Origin: Aestuariivirga sp.
GTDB taxonomy: Bacteria; Pseudomonadota; Alphaproteobacteria; Rhizobiales; Aestuariivirgaceae
Length of the DNA stretch: 64,000 nt
Reading direction: 5' to 3'
NCBI RefSeq assembly: GCF_047602625.1
Contig: NZ_JASGGV010000002.1
Location: 441,734-505,733, forward strand
The notes beneath the pieces were generated by a model. The model was not told the DNA's origin. It searched no databases and worked only from the letters and a program-made list of their open reading frames with translations. Positions 19,039 to 29,359 of this stretch are shown in pieces. The position numbers and the translations under genes were made by a program. Numbering within the stretch: the first letter of the stretch is position 1; the number at the start of each line of letters is the position of its first letter.

Positions 19039-20001
19039 ATGCCGCCCCGTCATAACCGCGTCCTGATCCTCGGGTCAGGCCCAGCGGGATACACTGCCGC
19101 CATCTACGCTGCCCGCGCCATGCTGAAGCCGGTGCTGATTCAAGGCGTTCAGCCGGGCGGCCAGCTGACCATCACGACGGATGTGGAAAACTACCCCGGT
19201 TTCGCCAAGGCTATCCAGGGGCCGTGGCTGATGGAGGAAATGAAGGCGCAGGCCGAACACATGGGCACCGAAATCGTGTCCGACACCATCACAGAAGTGA
19301 AGCTGCATAACAAGCCGATCTGGCTGAAGGGCGACTCCGGGCAGGAATACACCTGCGATGCGCTGATCATCTGCACCGGTGCGCAGGCCAAGTGGCTGGA
19401 CCTGCCCTCCGAGCATCAATTCAAGGGCTTTGGCGTCTCCGCCTGCGCCACCTGCGATGGCTTCTTCTATCGCGGCAAGAAGGTGCTGGTGATCGGCGGC
19501 GGCAATACCGCTGTGGAGGAAGCGCTGTTCCTCACCAATTTCGCCAGCGAGGTCGTGTTGGTTCACCGCCGCAACGAGCTTCGCGCCGAACGCATCCTGC
19601 AGCAACGGCTGTTCGATCATCCCAAGATCAAGATCATGTGGGACACGGCGGTTGACGATGTGCTGGGCACCCATGAGCCCAAGGGCGTAACCGGCGCGCG
19701 GCTGCGCAATGTGAAGACCGGCGCCGTGCAGGATGTCACCGCCGACGGCATCTTCGTCGCCATCGGCCACAAGCCGGCGACCGAACTGTTTGAAGGCCAG
19801 CTTCCGTTCAAGCAGGGCGGCTATCTCATCACCGAGCCACGCTCCACCGCCACCGCCATTGAAGGCGTGTTCGCGGCAGGCGATGTGACGGATGACGTCT
19901 ATCGCCAGGCCGTCACGGCGGCTGGCATGGGCTGCATGGCGGGGCTTGAAACCGAGAGATGGCTGCATTCCGCTGAGGAGGTGCGCCATGCCGCTCAGTA
20001 A
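19039..20001 (+). CDS. trxB: thioredoxin-disulfide reductase
   Basis: VLILGSGPAGYTAAIYAARA FAD motif, redox CATCDG, GGGNTAVEEALFL NADPH motif, FAAGDV. Confidence 0.95.
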   Translation: MPPRHNRVLILGSGPAGYTAAIYAARAMLKPVLIQGVQPGGQLTITTDVENYPGFAKAIQGPWLMEEMKAQAEHMGTEIVSDTITEVKLHNKPIWLKGDSGQEYTCDALIICTGAQAKWLDLPSEHQFKGFGVSACATCDGFFYRGKKVLVIGGGNTAVEEALFLTNFASEVVLVHRRNELRAERILQQRLFDHPKIKIMWDTAVDDVLGTHEPKGVTGARLRNVKTGAVQDVTADGIFVAIGHKPATELFEGQLPFKQGGYLITEPRSTATAIEGVFAAGDVTDDVYRQAVTAAGMGCMAGLETERWLHSAEEVRHAAQ

Positions 20002-20893
20002 CATCATGGACTGGGACAAGCTGCGCATCTTCCACGCCGTGGCGGATGCCGGAAGTTTCACCCATGCGGGCCACGAGCTCGGCCTCTCGCAATCCGCCGT
20101 GAGCCGCCAGATCAGCGCGCTGGAGGATGGGCTGAACGTCCCCCTCTTCCATCGCCATGCGCGCGGCCTGATCCTCACCGAACAGGGCGAGGTGCTCTAC
20201 CGCACCGCGCATGAAGTGTTCACCAAGCTCACCGCCGCGCAGACGCGGCTGATGGATTCCAAGGAAAAGCCATCGGGCGAACTCCGCATCACCACCACGG
20301 TGGGCCTGGGATCCGTGTGGCTTACGCCGCGCCTCAAGGAATTCACCGAACTCTACCCGCAGATCAACGTGACGCTGATGCTGGACGACCGCGAACTCGA
20401 CCTCGCCATGCGCGAGGCCGATGTGGCGATCCGGCTGCGGCGGCCGACCCAGCCTGACCTCATCCAGCGCAAGCTCTTCACCGTGCACCACCACATCTAC
20501 GCCTCGGTCGAATATGTGAAAACGCATGGCATTCCCAAATCGCTTGAGGATTTGGACCGTCACAAGATCGTGACCTTCGGCCAGTCGCCCACCTATCTCG
20601 AGCCGATCAACTGGCTTGAGAACGCCGGCAGGCCCGAAGGCGAACCCCGCCCGGTGGCGCTGCGCGTGAACAATGCCTATGGGCTCCGCCGCGCCGTGCA
20701 GGCTGGCGTCGGCATTGCCTCGCTGGCCGACTATCTGGTGGCGCCCGATATGGGGCTGGTGCAGATCGACCTGCCGCTCGAGACGCCGGAATGGGATACT
20801 TACTTTGTTTATCCCGAGGAGCTGAAGGAAACCAAGCGTGTGACCGTATTCCGCGACTTCATCGTCTCCAAGGCGAAGGAATGGAGTTTCTAG
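19988..20893 (+). CDS. LysR family transcriptional regulator
   Basis: DWDKLRIFHAVADAGSFTHAGHELGLSQSAVSRQISALE HTH. GAGGAGG SD. Start overlaps the trxB 3' end. Confidence 0.9.
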   Translation: MPLSNIMDWDKLRIFHAVADAGSFTHAGHELGLSQSAVSRQISALEDGLNVPLFHRHARGLILTEQGEVLYRTAHEVFTKLTAAQTRLMDSKEKPSGELRITTTVGLGSVWLTPRLKEFTELYPQINVTLMLDDRELDLAMREADVAIRLRRPTQPDLIQRKLFTVHHHIYASVEYVKTHGIPKSLEDLDRHKIVTFGQSPTYLEPINWLENAGRPEGEPRPVALRVNNAYGLRRAVQAGVGIASLADYLVAPDMGLVQIDLPLETPEWDTYFVYPEELKETKRVTVFRDFIVSKAKEWSF

Positions 20894-21147
20894 ACTGCGA
20901 TTGTTGCGGCGCACCTAAATAAAATCGAAGAATTGCCCGCACGCTTGGCAAATCATCGCGCGTCATGCCCGCCTCTCATGGCTCCCATGAGGCGGGGCCG
21001 GTTGCCGGACTCGGGCAGACCACGCATTGTCGCCAAGCGTTTTTTTCGAACGCGATGGTGCGGCAGCTACTCTCTCCCCTTGTACCTCCGCATCAGCCGA
21101 AGCGCTTGTCCGCGCCGAGGTGCCCCCGATGGGGCCACGTAACTCAA

Positions 21148-21175
21148 GGCCGGAAACTCTCCGGCCTTTTTCTTT
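21148..21175 (+). terminator. intrinsic terminator with no assigned upstream gene
   Basis: GGCCGGA-aactc-TCCGGCC followed by TTTTTCTTT. Lies 255 nt after the lysR-type stop and upstream of a TTGACG-N16-TATGCT promoter-like site for the next gene. Confidence 0.55.
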
Positions 21176-21242
21176 GCCCGCGCAGCTTTGACGCTGTTTC
21201 CCGCTTCGCTATGCTCGCGTCAAAAGCAGGCAGGAGACCACC

Positions 21243-22622
21243 ATGCGCCACGCCGCATTGACCGCGATCCATCTTCCCGATTTCGGCAACCCCAAAACAG
21301 AGCCGGCACTTTCGCGCGAGATTTACGCCGCGCGGCTCGAACGTCTTGAAAAGGCTATGGCAGCCGCAGGTTATGACGCGCTTGTGATCTATGGCGACCG
21401 CGAGCATGTGGCCAATATTGCATGGTCCACCGGCTATGATCCCCGCTTTGAAGAAGCGATCTGCGTTATCGTGCCGGGGCGGAAGCCCACGCTGTTCGCC
21501 GGCAACGAGGGTTACCCTTACGCCGAATGCGCCAATGGCGTCTTTGAGCGCGTGTTGTGGCAGCCTCTCAGCCTGATGAGCCAGCCGCGCGATAAATTCC
21601 GTGTACTGAGCGATCTTCTGGCGGAAGCAGGAGTGAAGAAGGGCCAGCGCATCGGCCTTGCCGGGTGGAAGGGTTTTGAGAGCGAGGATGGGGTGTTCGA
21701 TCCGCAGTGGTTTGAAACACCGGCTTATCTCGTGGAGGCGCTGCGTGCCTTTGGGCCTGTCTCCAATGCGGCGCTTCTATTCATGGATCCGTCCACGGGC
21801 CTGCGCGCCATCAATGAGGTGGATCAGCTCGCCTGCTTTGAACATGCGGCCACCCTCACCTCCTCTGCGATCTCCCGCGTGATCAACGGCACCAGGCCGG
21901 GGATGACAGAATACGAGAGCGTGAGTCTCATGAAGCTCAACGGCTTTCCGCACTCCACGCACATCAACATGTGCGCAGGGCCGCGCGCCAGATATGGCCT
22001 GCCCAGCCCCTCCATGCGGGTGATCGAACCGGGCGACCCGATCGTCGTCGGCTTCGGGCTGATGGGCGCGTTGAACTGCCGGGCAGGCTTCATGGTGCGT
22101 GACGAAAGTGAGTTGCCGCCAGCCATCCATGACTATGTGAAGAAACTGGTTGCGCCATACTTCGAGGCCGCCGTGGCGTGGTATGAAACGGTGGGCATCG
22201 GCGTCACAGGCGGCGCGATCCATGATGCCGTCATGTCGCGCCTAGGCGATCCGTTCTTTGGCATCGGCCTCAATCCCGGCCATCTCATCCATCTCGATGA
22301 ATGGATGCATTCCCCCATCCGCAAAGGCAGCACCCGCAAGCTTGCCTCCGGCATGGCGATCCAGTGCGACATCATTCCCGCCACCGGCACAGACTACTTC
22401 ACCAGCAACATCGAGGATGGCATTGCGCTTCTGGATGATGCAGGGCGGCGGGACTTTGCGGTGCGTTACCCGGAAGCCTGGCGCAGAATCGAAGGCCGCC
22501 GCGCCTTCATGATCGAGACGCTGGGCATCAGGCTGAAACCGGAAGTGCTTCCCTTCAGCAATATCGCGGGCTGGCTGCCACCCTTCTGGCTGAACCCCGG
22601 CATGACGATGGCGATGCGGTGA
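21243..22622 (+). CDS. M24 (creatinase/Xaa-Pro peptidase, pita-bread fold) family protein; canonical metal ligands not evident
   Basis: N-terminal creatinase-like domain (YDALVIYGDREH...) and C-terminal pita-bread pattern (EPGDPIVV...GIGLNPGH...SNIEDGIALL). The two Asp ligands of the GDxVxxDxG...D motif appear substituted. Confidence 0.7.
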   Translation: MRHAALTAIHLPDFGNPKTEPALSREIYAARLERLEKAMAAAGYDALVIYGDREHVANIAWSTGYDPRFEEAICVIVPGRKPTLFAGNEGYPYAECANGVFERVLWQPLSLMSQPRDKFRVLSDLLAEAGVKKGQRIGLAGWKGFESEDGVFDPQWFETPAYLVEALRAFGPVSNAALLFMDPSTGLRAINEVDQLACFEHAATLTSSAISRVINGTRPGMTEYESVSLMKLNGFPHSTHINMCAGPRARYGLPSPSMRVIEPGDPIVVGFGLMGALNCRAGFMVRDESELPPAIHDYVKKLVAPYFEAAVAWYETVGIGVTGGAIHDAVMSRLGDPFFGIGLNPGHLIHLDEWMHSPIRKGSTRKLASGMAIQCDIIPATGTDYFTSNIEDGIALLDDAGRRDFAVRYPEAWRRIEGRRAFMIETLGIRLKPEVLPFSNIAGWLPPFWLNPGMTMAMR

Positions 22623-23612
22623 TCAGAACGCGCGCTCGCGCACCTGCGTCACGAGCGCCCGCGCAGCCCTGGGCCATGGATCATATCGCGCGATTAACCC
22701 TTCTCGCCCGCCAAAAATTCCGATTCCCGCCGCCACGCGCTGGGATGAGAAATCCCATGTGTTGCCGCCGGCATTGATCTCGATGGCGTAATGCTTGCCG
22801 GTTCCGTGCTCTGTCAGGATATCGCAGGCCTGAAGCGGGATGGACGGAAAGGCGGTCGTCATGCGCCGCGCAAACGCAATCACATCATCCGGCACATCAT
22901 AAGAAATGCCGTCCGCCGCATCGAAGGCCCGCGCCACCGCCCCCATGCGGGGATCGACGGCGATGCGCTCAATATCCTCATCGGACGCTTCCAGACTCAC
23001 GCGCGGGATGGGGCTGAACACCTTCATCCACAGCAGCGGTTCGCCAAACAAAGCCAGCACGCGGTAATAGGCGGGGTTGGGGCCGGTATCGATAAACTGC
23101 TGCACCAGCGCGGGAGCCTGCCGCAGGAAGTGGGTTTCCGGAAAATCTGGCGGCCGCAACTCAGCCAGCTTCCGGGTGCGGAAAAGTTGCAGCGAGTTGG
23201 CAAAGGAGGATTTGCCAAGCGGCAGCGTCTTCAACACCGCCAGCGGGCCAAAACAATCCTCGCGATAGGCCGTTCCGAACGAAAATCGTTCCGTGAATGG
23301 GGTGGCGATGCCCAGCGCAGCAAAGCGGGCATGCTGATCCTGTTTTTTGATCGGGCGATTGGCCAGCAGTGGGCCGCGCGGAGGCACGAACCGTTTGGTA
23401 TCGGAAAAACTCACCGTCAGGCTGGGAAGACGCCACTTATAGGCCGGGACAATATCCGCCGTATCCTGCGGCGTCACGATGTGAACCAGGATGCCGGGGT
23501 CGAGTTTTACAATTTCCCGTGCAATTTCAAGGAAATCCTCGAAGGACTGCCGCCCGGCCGCCTGCACGAGAACGAGCAACCGCTTGCCTTCATGTCCGGA
23601 CGCTGGACTCAC
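22623..23612 (-). CDS. ATP-grasp-like protein of unknown specificity
   Basis: AVLKTLPLGKSS..., ALVQQFID...YYRVLALFGEP..., and LQACDILTEHGTGKHYAIEINAGGNTWDF resemble the K-loop, the QxFI and the D-x-x...E-x-N segments of ATP-grasp ligases. GTG start. Confidence 0.6.
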   Translation of the reverse strand: MSPASGHEGKRLLVLVQAAGRQSFEDFLEIAREIVKLDPGILVHIVTPQDTADIVPAYKWRLPSLTVSFSDTKRFVPPRGPLLANRPIKKQDQHARFAALGIATPFTERFSFGTAYREDCFGPLAVLKTLPLGKSSFANSLQLFRTRKLAELRPPDFPETHFLRQAPALVQQFIDTGPNPAYYRVLALFGEPLLWMKVFSPIPRVSLEASDEDIERIAVDPRMGAVARAFDAADGISYDVPDDVIAFARRMTTAFPSIPLQACDILTEHGTGKHYAIEINAGGNTWDFSSQRVAAGIGIFGGREGLIARYDPWPRAARALVTQVRERAF

Positions 23613-23778
23613 GCTGAAAATCTGCCGCTCACTTCATCAATCAGCTTCTGATTACCGCTGACCGTGGCAGCAATGCAACGGTAGCGCGAAACCGCACTGT
23701 TTCTACCCGCGACCCCCTTGATTGCGAAACCGGGAATGTTAGTCTTCCTCCATAATTATAAAATCAGGGAAATATGCG

Positions 23779-23925
23779 ATGAACATTGGACCTGTTGTGC
23801 CTGTGCCATTCGACTGGATTTTGCCGGAGTTCGACGGTCCGGTTGTGCCGCCGCCCGGAATTGGGCCGGTTGTTCCACCAACCATCGGTCCTGTAGTACC
23901 CGGCAATGGACCGCTGATCCCGTAG
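23779..23925 (+). CDS. 48-aa Pro/Val/Gly-rich peptide with four GPVVP repeats (MNIGPVVPVPFDWILPEFDGPVVPPPGIGPVVPPTIGPVVPGNGPLIP)
   Basis: ATG at 23779 with AGGGA 8 nt upstream and an in-frame stop upstream at 23740. The four GPVVP copies differ only at third codon positions. An intrinsic terminator follows. Below the 60-aa cutoff of the ORF track. Confidence 0.6.
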   Translation: MNIGPVVPVPFDWILPEFDGPVVPPPGIGPVVPPTIGPVVPGNGPLIP

Positions 23926-23953
23926 GAATCGCTTTTTCACTGTAAGATGAAAA

Positions 23954-23979
23954 GGGCCGCAAAGCGGCCCTTTGTTTTT
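23954..23979. terminator. bidirectional intrinsic terminator
   Basis: aaaa-GGGCCGC-aaa-GCGGCCC-tttgttttt. Serves the small ORF on the + strand and the EF-G-like gene on the - strand. Confidence 0.65.
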
Positions 23980-23982
23980 GCC

Positions 23983-26043
23983 TTATGCCGCTTCGGACTT
24001 CCGCGCTTGCACCACCTGATCGGCGGCGCGCCCCGTCAACTCAGCCATATGGTCGTGCACATAGGTAAAGGTGCCGACGCCGGATGTGGCGGAGCGCAAT
24101 TCCACGATCAGCGATTCCATCTCCGATTCCGGCATGTGGGCCTTCACCGTATCCCAGCCGGGCCAGCCATCGCGGCCGTCGAAGCCCAAAAGCTGCCCCC
24201 GGTGCCCGGTAACGATCTGGTTGACGCGCGATGTCGCCTCGCTCGGCACGTGAATGTCAGCGGCCACGATCGGCTCCAGCAGCACGGGCGAACAGGCGGG
24301 CATGCCTTCGCTCATGGCAATGCGTGCCGCCGTCTTGAAGGCCATCTCGGATGAATCGACGTCGTGATACGACCCGTCTGACAGGTTCACCGCGAAATCG
24401 ACCACGCTGAAACCCAGCGGCCCATGCGGTATCCATTCGCGGATGCCGGATTCGACTGCCGGAATGTATTGCTTCGGCACCACGCCACCGGTGATCGTGT
24501 CGCTGAACACAAATCCTTCGCCACGTGGCAACGGTTTGATTTCCACCACGATGTCGCCGAACTGGCCATGGCCGCCGGACTGCTTCTTGTGCCGCCCGCG
24601 CACCTGGGTGGATTTGCGGATCGTCTCCTTGTAGGCGATGCGCCGCGGCCTCGCCTGCGCCTTTACACCGAACTTTCCTTCCAGCCGTTCAAGCGCCACG
24701 CGCAGGTGCATTTCACCCTGCCCCCACAGCACCATCTCATGCGTATCGATATTGTTTTCCAGCCAGAGAGAAGGATCTTCCTCGATCAGCTTGGCGATGG
24801 CACTGGTGAGCTTCACCTCATCCTTGCGGTCAGCCACCGAAAGCGCCAGGCCATAAACAGCAGGCGCACGCGAAATATCCATGAGCTGCAGCGTGGAGCC
24901 TTTGACTGTCGAAATGGTCTCGCCGGTTGCGATACCTTCCAGGCGGCCAATCGCCACCGTGTCGCCAGCCTGCGCCCTGGCCGTTTTATTCGGAGTTTGC
25001 CCCATCAGCGTGAACAGTCCGGCGGCGCGCGCATCCTGCCCTTGCCCGCCGTAGAACACTGCTCCATCGGCAATCTCGCCCTGCAGCAGGCGGGCAAGCG
25101 ACAGCTTGCCGCCATGCGCGGTGTGAAATGTCTTCAGCACCTGCGCCACCGCACCGCTATTGGCCTTGAGGCCAAGGCGCTTCGCGGTATCGGCCACACC
25201 CGGCGCTTCATGGCGCAGCGCCTTCAAAAGGCGCCCCACTCCGTTTCCGTGTTCGGCTGAGCCGAAAAGCACCGGCGTGATCAGCCCGTCCGCCAATTCG
25301 CGCGATAGGTCGGCAAACACCCGGTCGCGCGGTGGCTCAAGATCAGACAGCAATTGCTCCATCAACTCATCGTCATGATCAGCCAGCCGTTCCAGCATGG
25401 CGAACCGCTCGCTCTTTTCGAGTGCCGCGACATCGACAGGCATGTCAACGACCGTGCTCTCGGCGTGTTCGCGGTAAACGAAGGCCCGCTCCAGCGCGAG
25501 ATCGACAAAGCCGGTGACAACGCCGTTCGTCCAGATCGGCAATTGCCGGAGGATCAGGGGCTTCGAACTTGCAGGTTGCAGCCATTCCAATACGTCACGC
25601 GGGCTGACGGTGGATTTGTCGATCTTGTTGATGAACAGCAGCCTCGGAACATCCAGTTCATCGAGTTGCTTGAGAATGAGCTGCAGCGCCGCGGCTTTCT
25701 TGTCATCCGCCTCACACACGACGATTGCCGCGTCGCATCCCGCCAGCGCCGCGCGCTGTTCCTGTGAAAATTCAATGGAGCCTGGGCAATCAAGAAACGT
25801 GTAGCTGTCGCCCATGAATTGCGTGGTGGCGGCATTGAGTTCGACGCTCATGCCATGGGCGCGCGCTTCCGGCGCGCCGTCGCCAACCGTTGATTTTTCG
25901 GAAACCTTGCCCTGCCGCGCGATGGCGCCGGTCCGGAACAATATTGCTTCAAGAAGCGTGGTCTTACCGCCGAGATAGGGGCCCACAAGCGCAATGCACC
26001 GCGAGCCCTGGGCTCGTCTACCGGTGTTCGAATCCATGGCCAA
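23983..26043 (-). CDS. elongation factor G-like GTPase (EF-G paralogue)
   Basis: 686 aa. G domain (VGPYLGGKTTLLEAILF, DCPG, NKIDK) followed by EF-G domains II-V. AAGGAGGA SD. Confidence 0.88.
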   Translation of the reverse strand: MAMDSNTGRRAQGSRCIALVGPYLGGKTTLLEAILFRTGAIARQGKVSEKSTVGDGAPEARAHGMSVELNAATTQFMGDSYTFLDCPGSIEFSQEQRAALAGCDAAIVVCEADDKKAAALQLILKQLDELDVPRLLFINKIDKSTVSPRDVLEWLQPASSKPLILRQLPIWTNGVVTGFVDLALERAFVYREHAESTVVDMPVDVAALEKSERFAMLERLADHDDELMEQLLSDLEPPRDRVFADLSRELADGLITPVLFGSAEHGNGVGRLLKALRHEAPGVADTAKRLGLKANSGAVAQVLKTFHTAHGGKLSLARLLQGEIADGAVFYGGQGQDARAAGLFTLMGQTPNKTARAQAGDTVAIGRLEGIATGETISTVKGSTLQLMDISRAPAVYGLALSVADRKDEVKLTSAIAKLIEEDPSLWLENNIDTHEMVLWGQGEMHLRVALERLEGKFGVKAQARPRRIAYKETIRKSTQVRGRHKKQSGGHGQFGDIVVEIKPLPRGEGFVFSDTITGGVVPKQYIPAVESGIREWIPHGPLGFSVVDFAVNLSDGSYHDVDSSEMAFKTAARIAMSEGMPACSPVLLEPIVAADIHVPSEATSRVNQIVTGHRGQLLGFDGRDGWPGWDTVKAHMPESEMESLIVELRSATSGVGTFTYVHDHMAELTGRAADQVVQARKSEAA

Positions 26044-26159
26044 TCCTCCTTTGACTGCATGTGCACATCGAAGGACCGCCCTTCTTCTGAAACCACCGGG
26101 GGCGGTTCCGACGGATCAAGCTTGACTCTCTTTCAGAGCCTCAGCAAGAAAAATTCGCA

Positions 26160-26191
26160 CAACAAAAACGGCCCGGCGCGAGGCCGGGCCG
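26160..26191 (-). terminator. intrinsic terminator after the DUF992 gene
   Basis: On the minus strand: CGGCCCGGC-ctcgc-GCCGGGCCG followed by TTTTTGTTG. Confidence 0.6.
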
Positions 26192-26212
26192 TAGCATCGA
26201 AAAGACGCGTGA

Positions 26213-26683
26213 TTACTTGACAGCCTTGAGATGCAGGCTGGCAACGCCAGCAGCCACATTCAGGCCCGTCTGGCCCTGAATGCTGATCGGCTGCAGGTTG
26301 ATCGTTTTCTTAAATCCGCCAACCAGAACATTGGCGCCGAGGCCTGCAATCACGGTGGCCTGCGCAGATGCACCGGTATAGGTGCCGGCCAAAGCGCCGG
26401 AATTGATCTTGCCCGGCGCAAACACAAGCCATGCCACCTTGGCCTTGCCCGTTACGCCGATATCCACGCCGAGTTTGCCGATCGAACCCTTATAAGCCTC
26501 AACACGGCCGCTGTTCGACTTGTAGGTGCACTTGACGCCCTTCGACGAACCAATGATGTAGCCAACGCCACCGTCGATGGTGCAGTTCAGAACACCGACC
26601 TTGACGCCGCCCTTGGCTTCCGCCTGCGTCACACCAAGGCCAAGTGCCAGAAGCGACAGAGAAACTGCGAGAATTTTCTTCAT
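26213..26683 (-). CDS. DUF992 family secreted protein
   Basis: Signal peptide MKKILAVSLSLLALGLGVTQAEA. GVLNC...GYIIGSSKGVKC...GVDIGVTG...WLVFAP pattern typical of DUF992. Confidence 0.8.
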   Translation of the reverse strand: MKKILAVSLSLLALGLGVTQAEAKGGVKVGVLNCTIDGGVGYIIGSSKGVKCTYKSNSGRVEAYKGSIGKLGVDIGVTGKAKVAWLVFAPGKINSGALAGTYTGASAQATVIAGLGANVLVGGFKKTINLQPISIQGQTGLNVAAGVASLHLKAVK

Positions 26684-26843
26684 TTGTGAATCCTTTGATA
26701 GCCGTCGGCGGGCTGTGTTGACCCCGATTAAGGCGAGATTGCGGCTTACCGCATGCCCATGTGGACATCCGTGCACTTTTATAATTACAAGGTGCCGCGA
26801 TTGTTCCAGAACGGATACACGCCACGGTTAACGGCTACGGATA

Positions 26844-27521
26844 TTGATGCCTTTTACAACTGACTATTTTCTGAGCATTCTCGAAATCGCCTGGATCAAT
26901 GTCCTGCTGTCGGGGGACAATGCGGTCGTCATTGCAATGGCCTGCCGCAGCCTCCCTGCGAACCGGCGCAGCCTCGGCATCCTGATAGGCTCTGGCGCGG
27001 CGATCGCACTGCGCATCGTGTTTGCCTTCCTCGTCACACGCCTGCTGGACATCCCGTACTTGCAGGCGGCTGGCGCCCTGCTGCTGATCTGGATCGCCGT
27101 CAGCCTGACGCGTAACGGCTCTGGTGATCACGACGTGAAGGCCTCAAACGGGCTTTGGGGCGCGGTCGCCACCATCGCCATCGCCGATGCCGCCATGAGC
27201 CTCGACAATGTCGTCGCCATCGCCGCCATCGCCGATGGCGACTACAAGCTGTTCATCATCGGGCTCATCCTGTCGATTCCGCTGATCGTCGTGGGAGCCA
27301 ACTTCATCGCCGCGCTGCTTGAAAGAGTGCCGCTGCTCGTGTGGGCGGGGGCGGGATTGCTGGGCTGGGTGGCGGGCCGGATGCTCTATGAAGACTCGGC
27401 GCTCATCAAGGCGCTCGGCATCACGCCGACAACGGCCATGGGTTACGCTGCAGCCATAGCCGGTGCGGCGCTGGTGCTGGCAATCTCATGGGCGATCCGC
27501 AAGCCGGATGCGCACGCCTGA
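26844..27521 (+). CDS. TerC/YjbE family integral membrane protein
   Basis: LEIAWINVLLSGDNAVVIAM and AMSLDNVVAIAAIA, the duplicated (S)xDN motifs of the TerC family. Confidence 0.9.
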   Translation: MMPFTTDYFLSILEIAWINVLLSGDNAVVIAMACRSLPANRRSLGILIGSGAAIALRIVFAFLVTRLLDIPYLQAAGALLLIWIAVSLTRNGSGDHDVKASNGLWGAVATIAIADAAMSLDNVVAIAAIADGDYKLFIIGLILSIPLIVVGANFIAALLERVPLLVWAGAGLLGWVAGRMLYEDSALIKALGITPTTAMGYAAAIAGAALVLAISWAIRKPDAHA

Positions 27522-27523
27522 AT

Positions 27524-28018
27524 TCAGGCGCGGCCCATGAAATCGCGTTTGCCCAGTTCCACGCCATTGTGGCGCAGAATGCCGTAGGCCGTGGCGGCAT
27601 GGAAATAGAAATTGGGCAGCGCAAAGTAGGAGAAATAGGACGCGCCGCTGAATGTCATCTCCCCGTCGCCCACCTTCAGCACGACCTGACGGGTTGCGGC
27701 ATCCGCGAGTTGATCCGGTTTCAGCGTACCGAGAAAATCAATGGTCTTCGCCAGCCGCGCCTTGAGGTCGGCGAAGCTCTTTTCCTCATCGGCATAGCTT
27801 GGTACCGCGATGCCGGCGAGACGCGCGCCTGCGCCCTTGGCAAAATCGCTCACCAGCGTCACCTGCCGGATGAGCGGGTACATATCCGGAAACAGGCGGA
27901 AATTGAGAAGCGCGGAAGGATCGATCTTCTTCGCCTCGCAATGCGCCTCGGCCTTTTCCAGAATGGCAGTCAGCGCCTTCATGTGATGAATGAGAACGGG
28001 AACGGAAGTCTCGAACAT
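27524..28018 (-). CDS. DUF1993 domain protein
   Basis: 164 aa. VPVLIHHMKALTAILEKAEAH...LFPDMYPLIRQV...LPNFYFHAATAYGILRHNGVELGKRDF is typical of DUF1993. Confidence 0.85.
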   Translation of the reverse strand: MFETSVPVLIHHMKALTAILEKAEAHCEAKKIDPSALLNFRLFPDMYPLIRQVTLVSDFAKGAGARLAGIAVPSYADEEKSFADLKARLAKTIDFLGTLKPDQLADAATRQVVLKVGDGEMTFSGASYFSYFALPNFYFHAATAYGILRHNGVELGKRDFMGRA

Positions 28019-28042
28019 GATTCAGCGTTTCCTTACCTGTCC

Positions 28043-29317
<1,275 letters not shown>

Positions 29318-29359
29318 TCATCTTGTCTTGGCAGCCCTGCGCGCCTCGCCTTTTCTCCC

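Noticed and set aside
20965-21261. 98-aa track ORF in the lysR/M24 intergenic region
   Set aside because: It has no SD, has a Pro/Arg-rich composition, and runs through hairpins and the terminator. It is treated as non-coding.
23718-23962. Cys-rich 75-aa ORF (+) and 68-aa ORF (-) overlapping the GPVVP microprotein
   Set aside because: Differences among the four repeat units are synonymous only in the GPVVP frame. In these alternative frames the repeats would change amino acids. Neither has a convincing SD.
26684-26843. Possible yybP-ykoY (Mn) riboswitch upstream of the TerC-family gene
   Set aside because: TerC genes are often preceded by this riboswitch, but I could not find the conserved core elements by eye. 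Only a cmscan could settle it.
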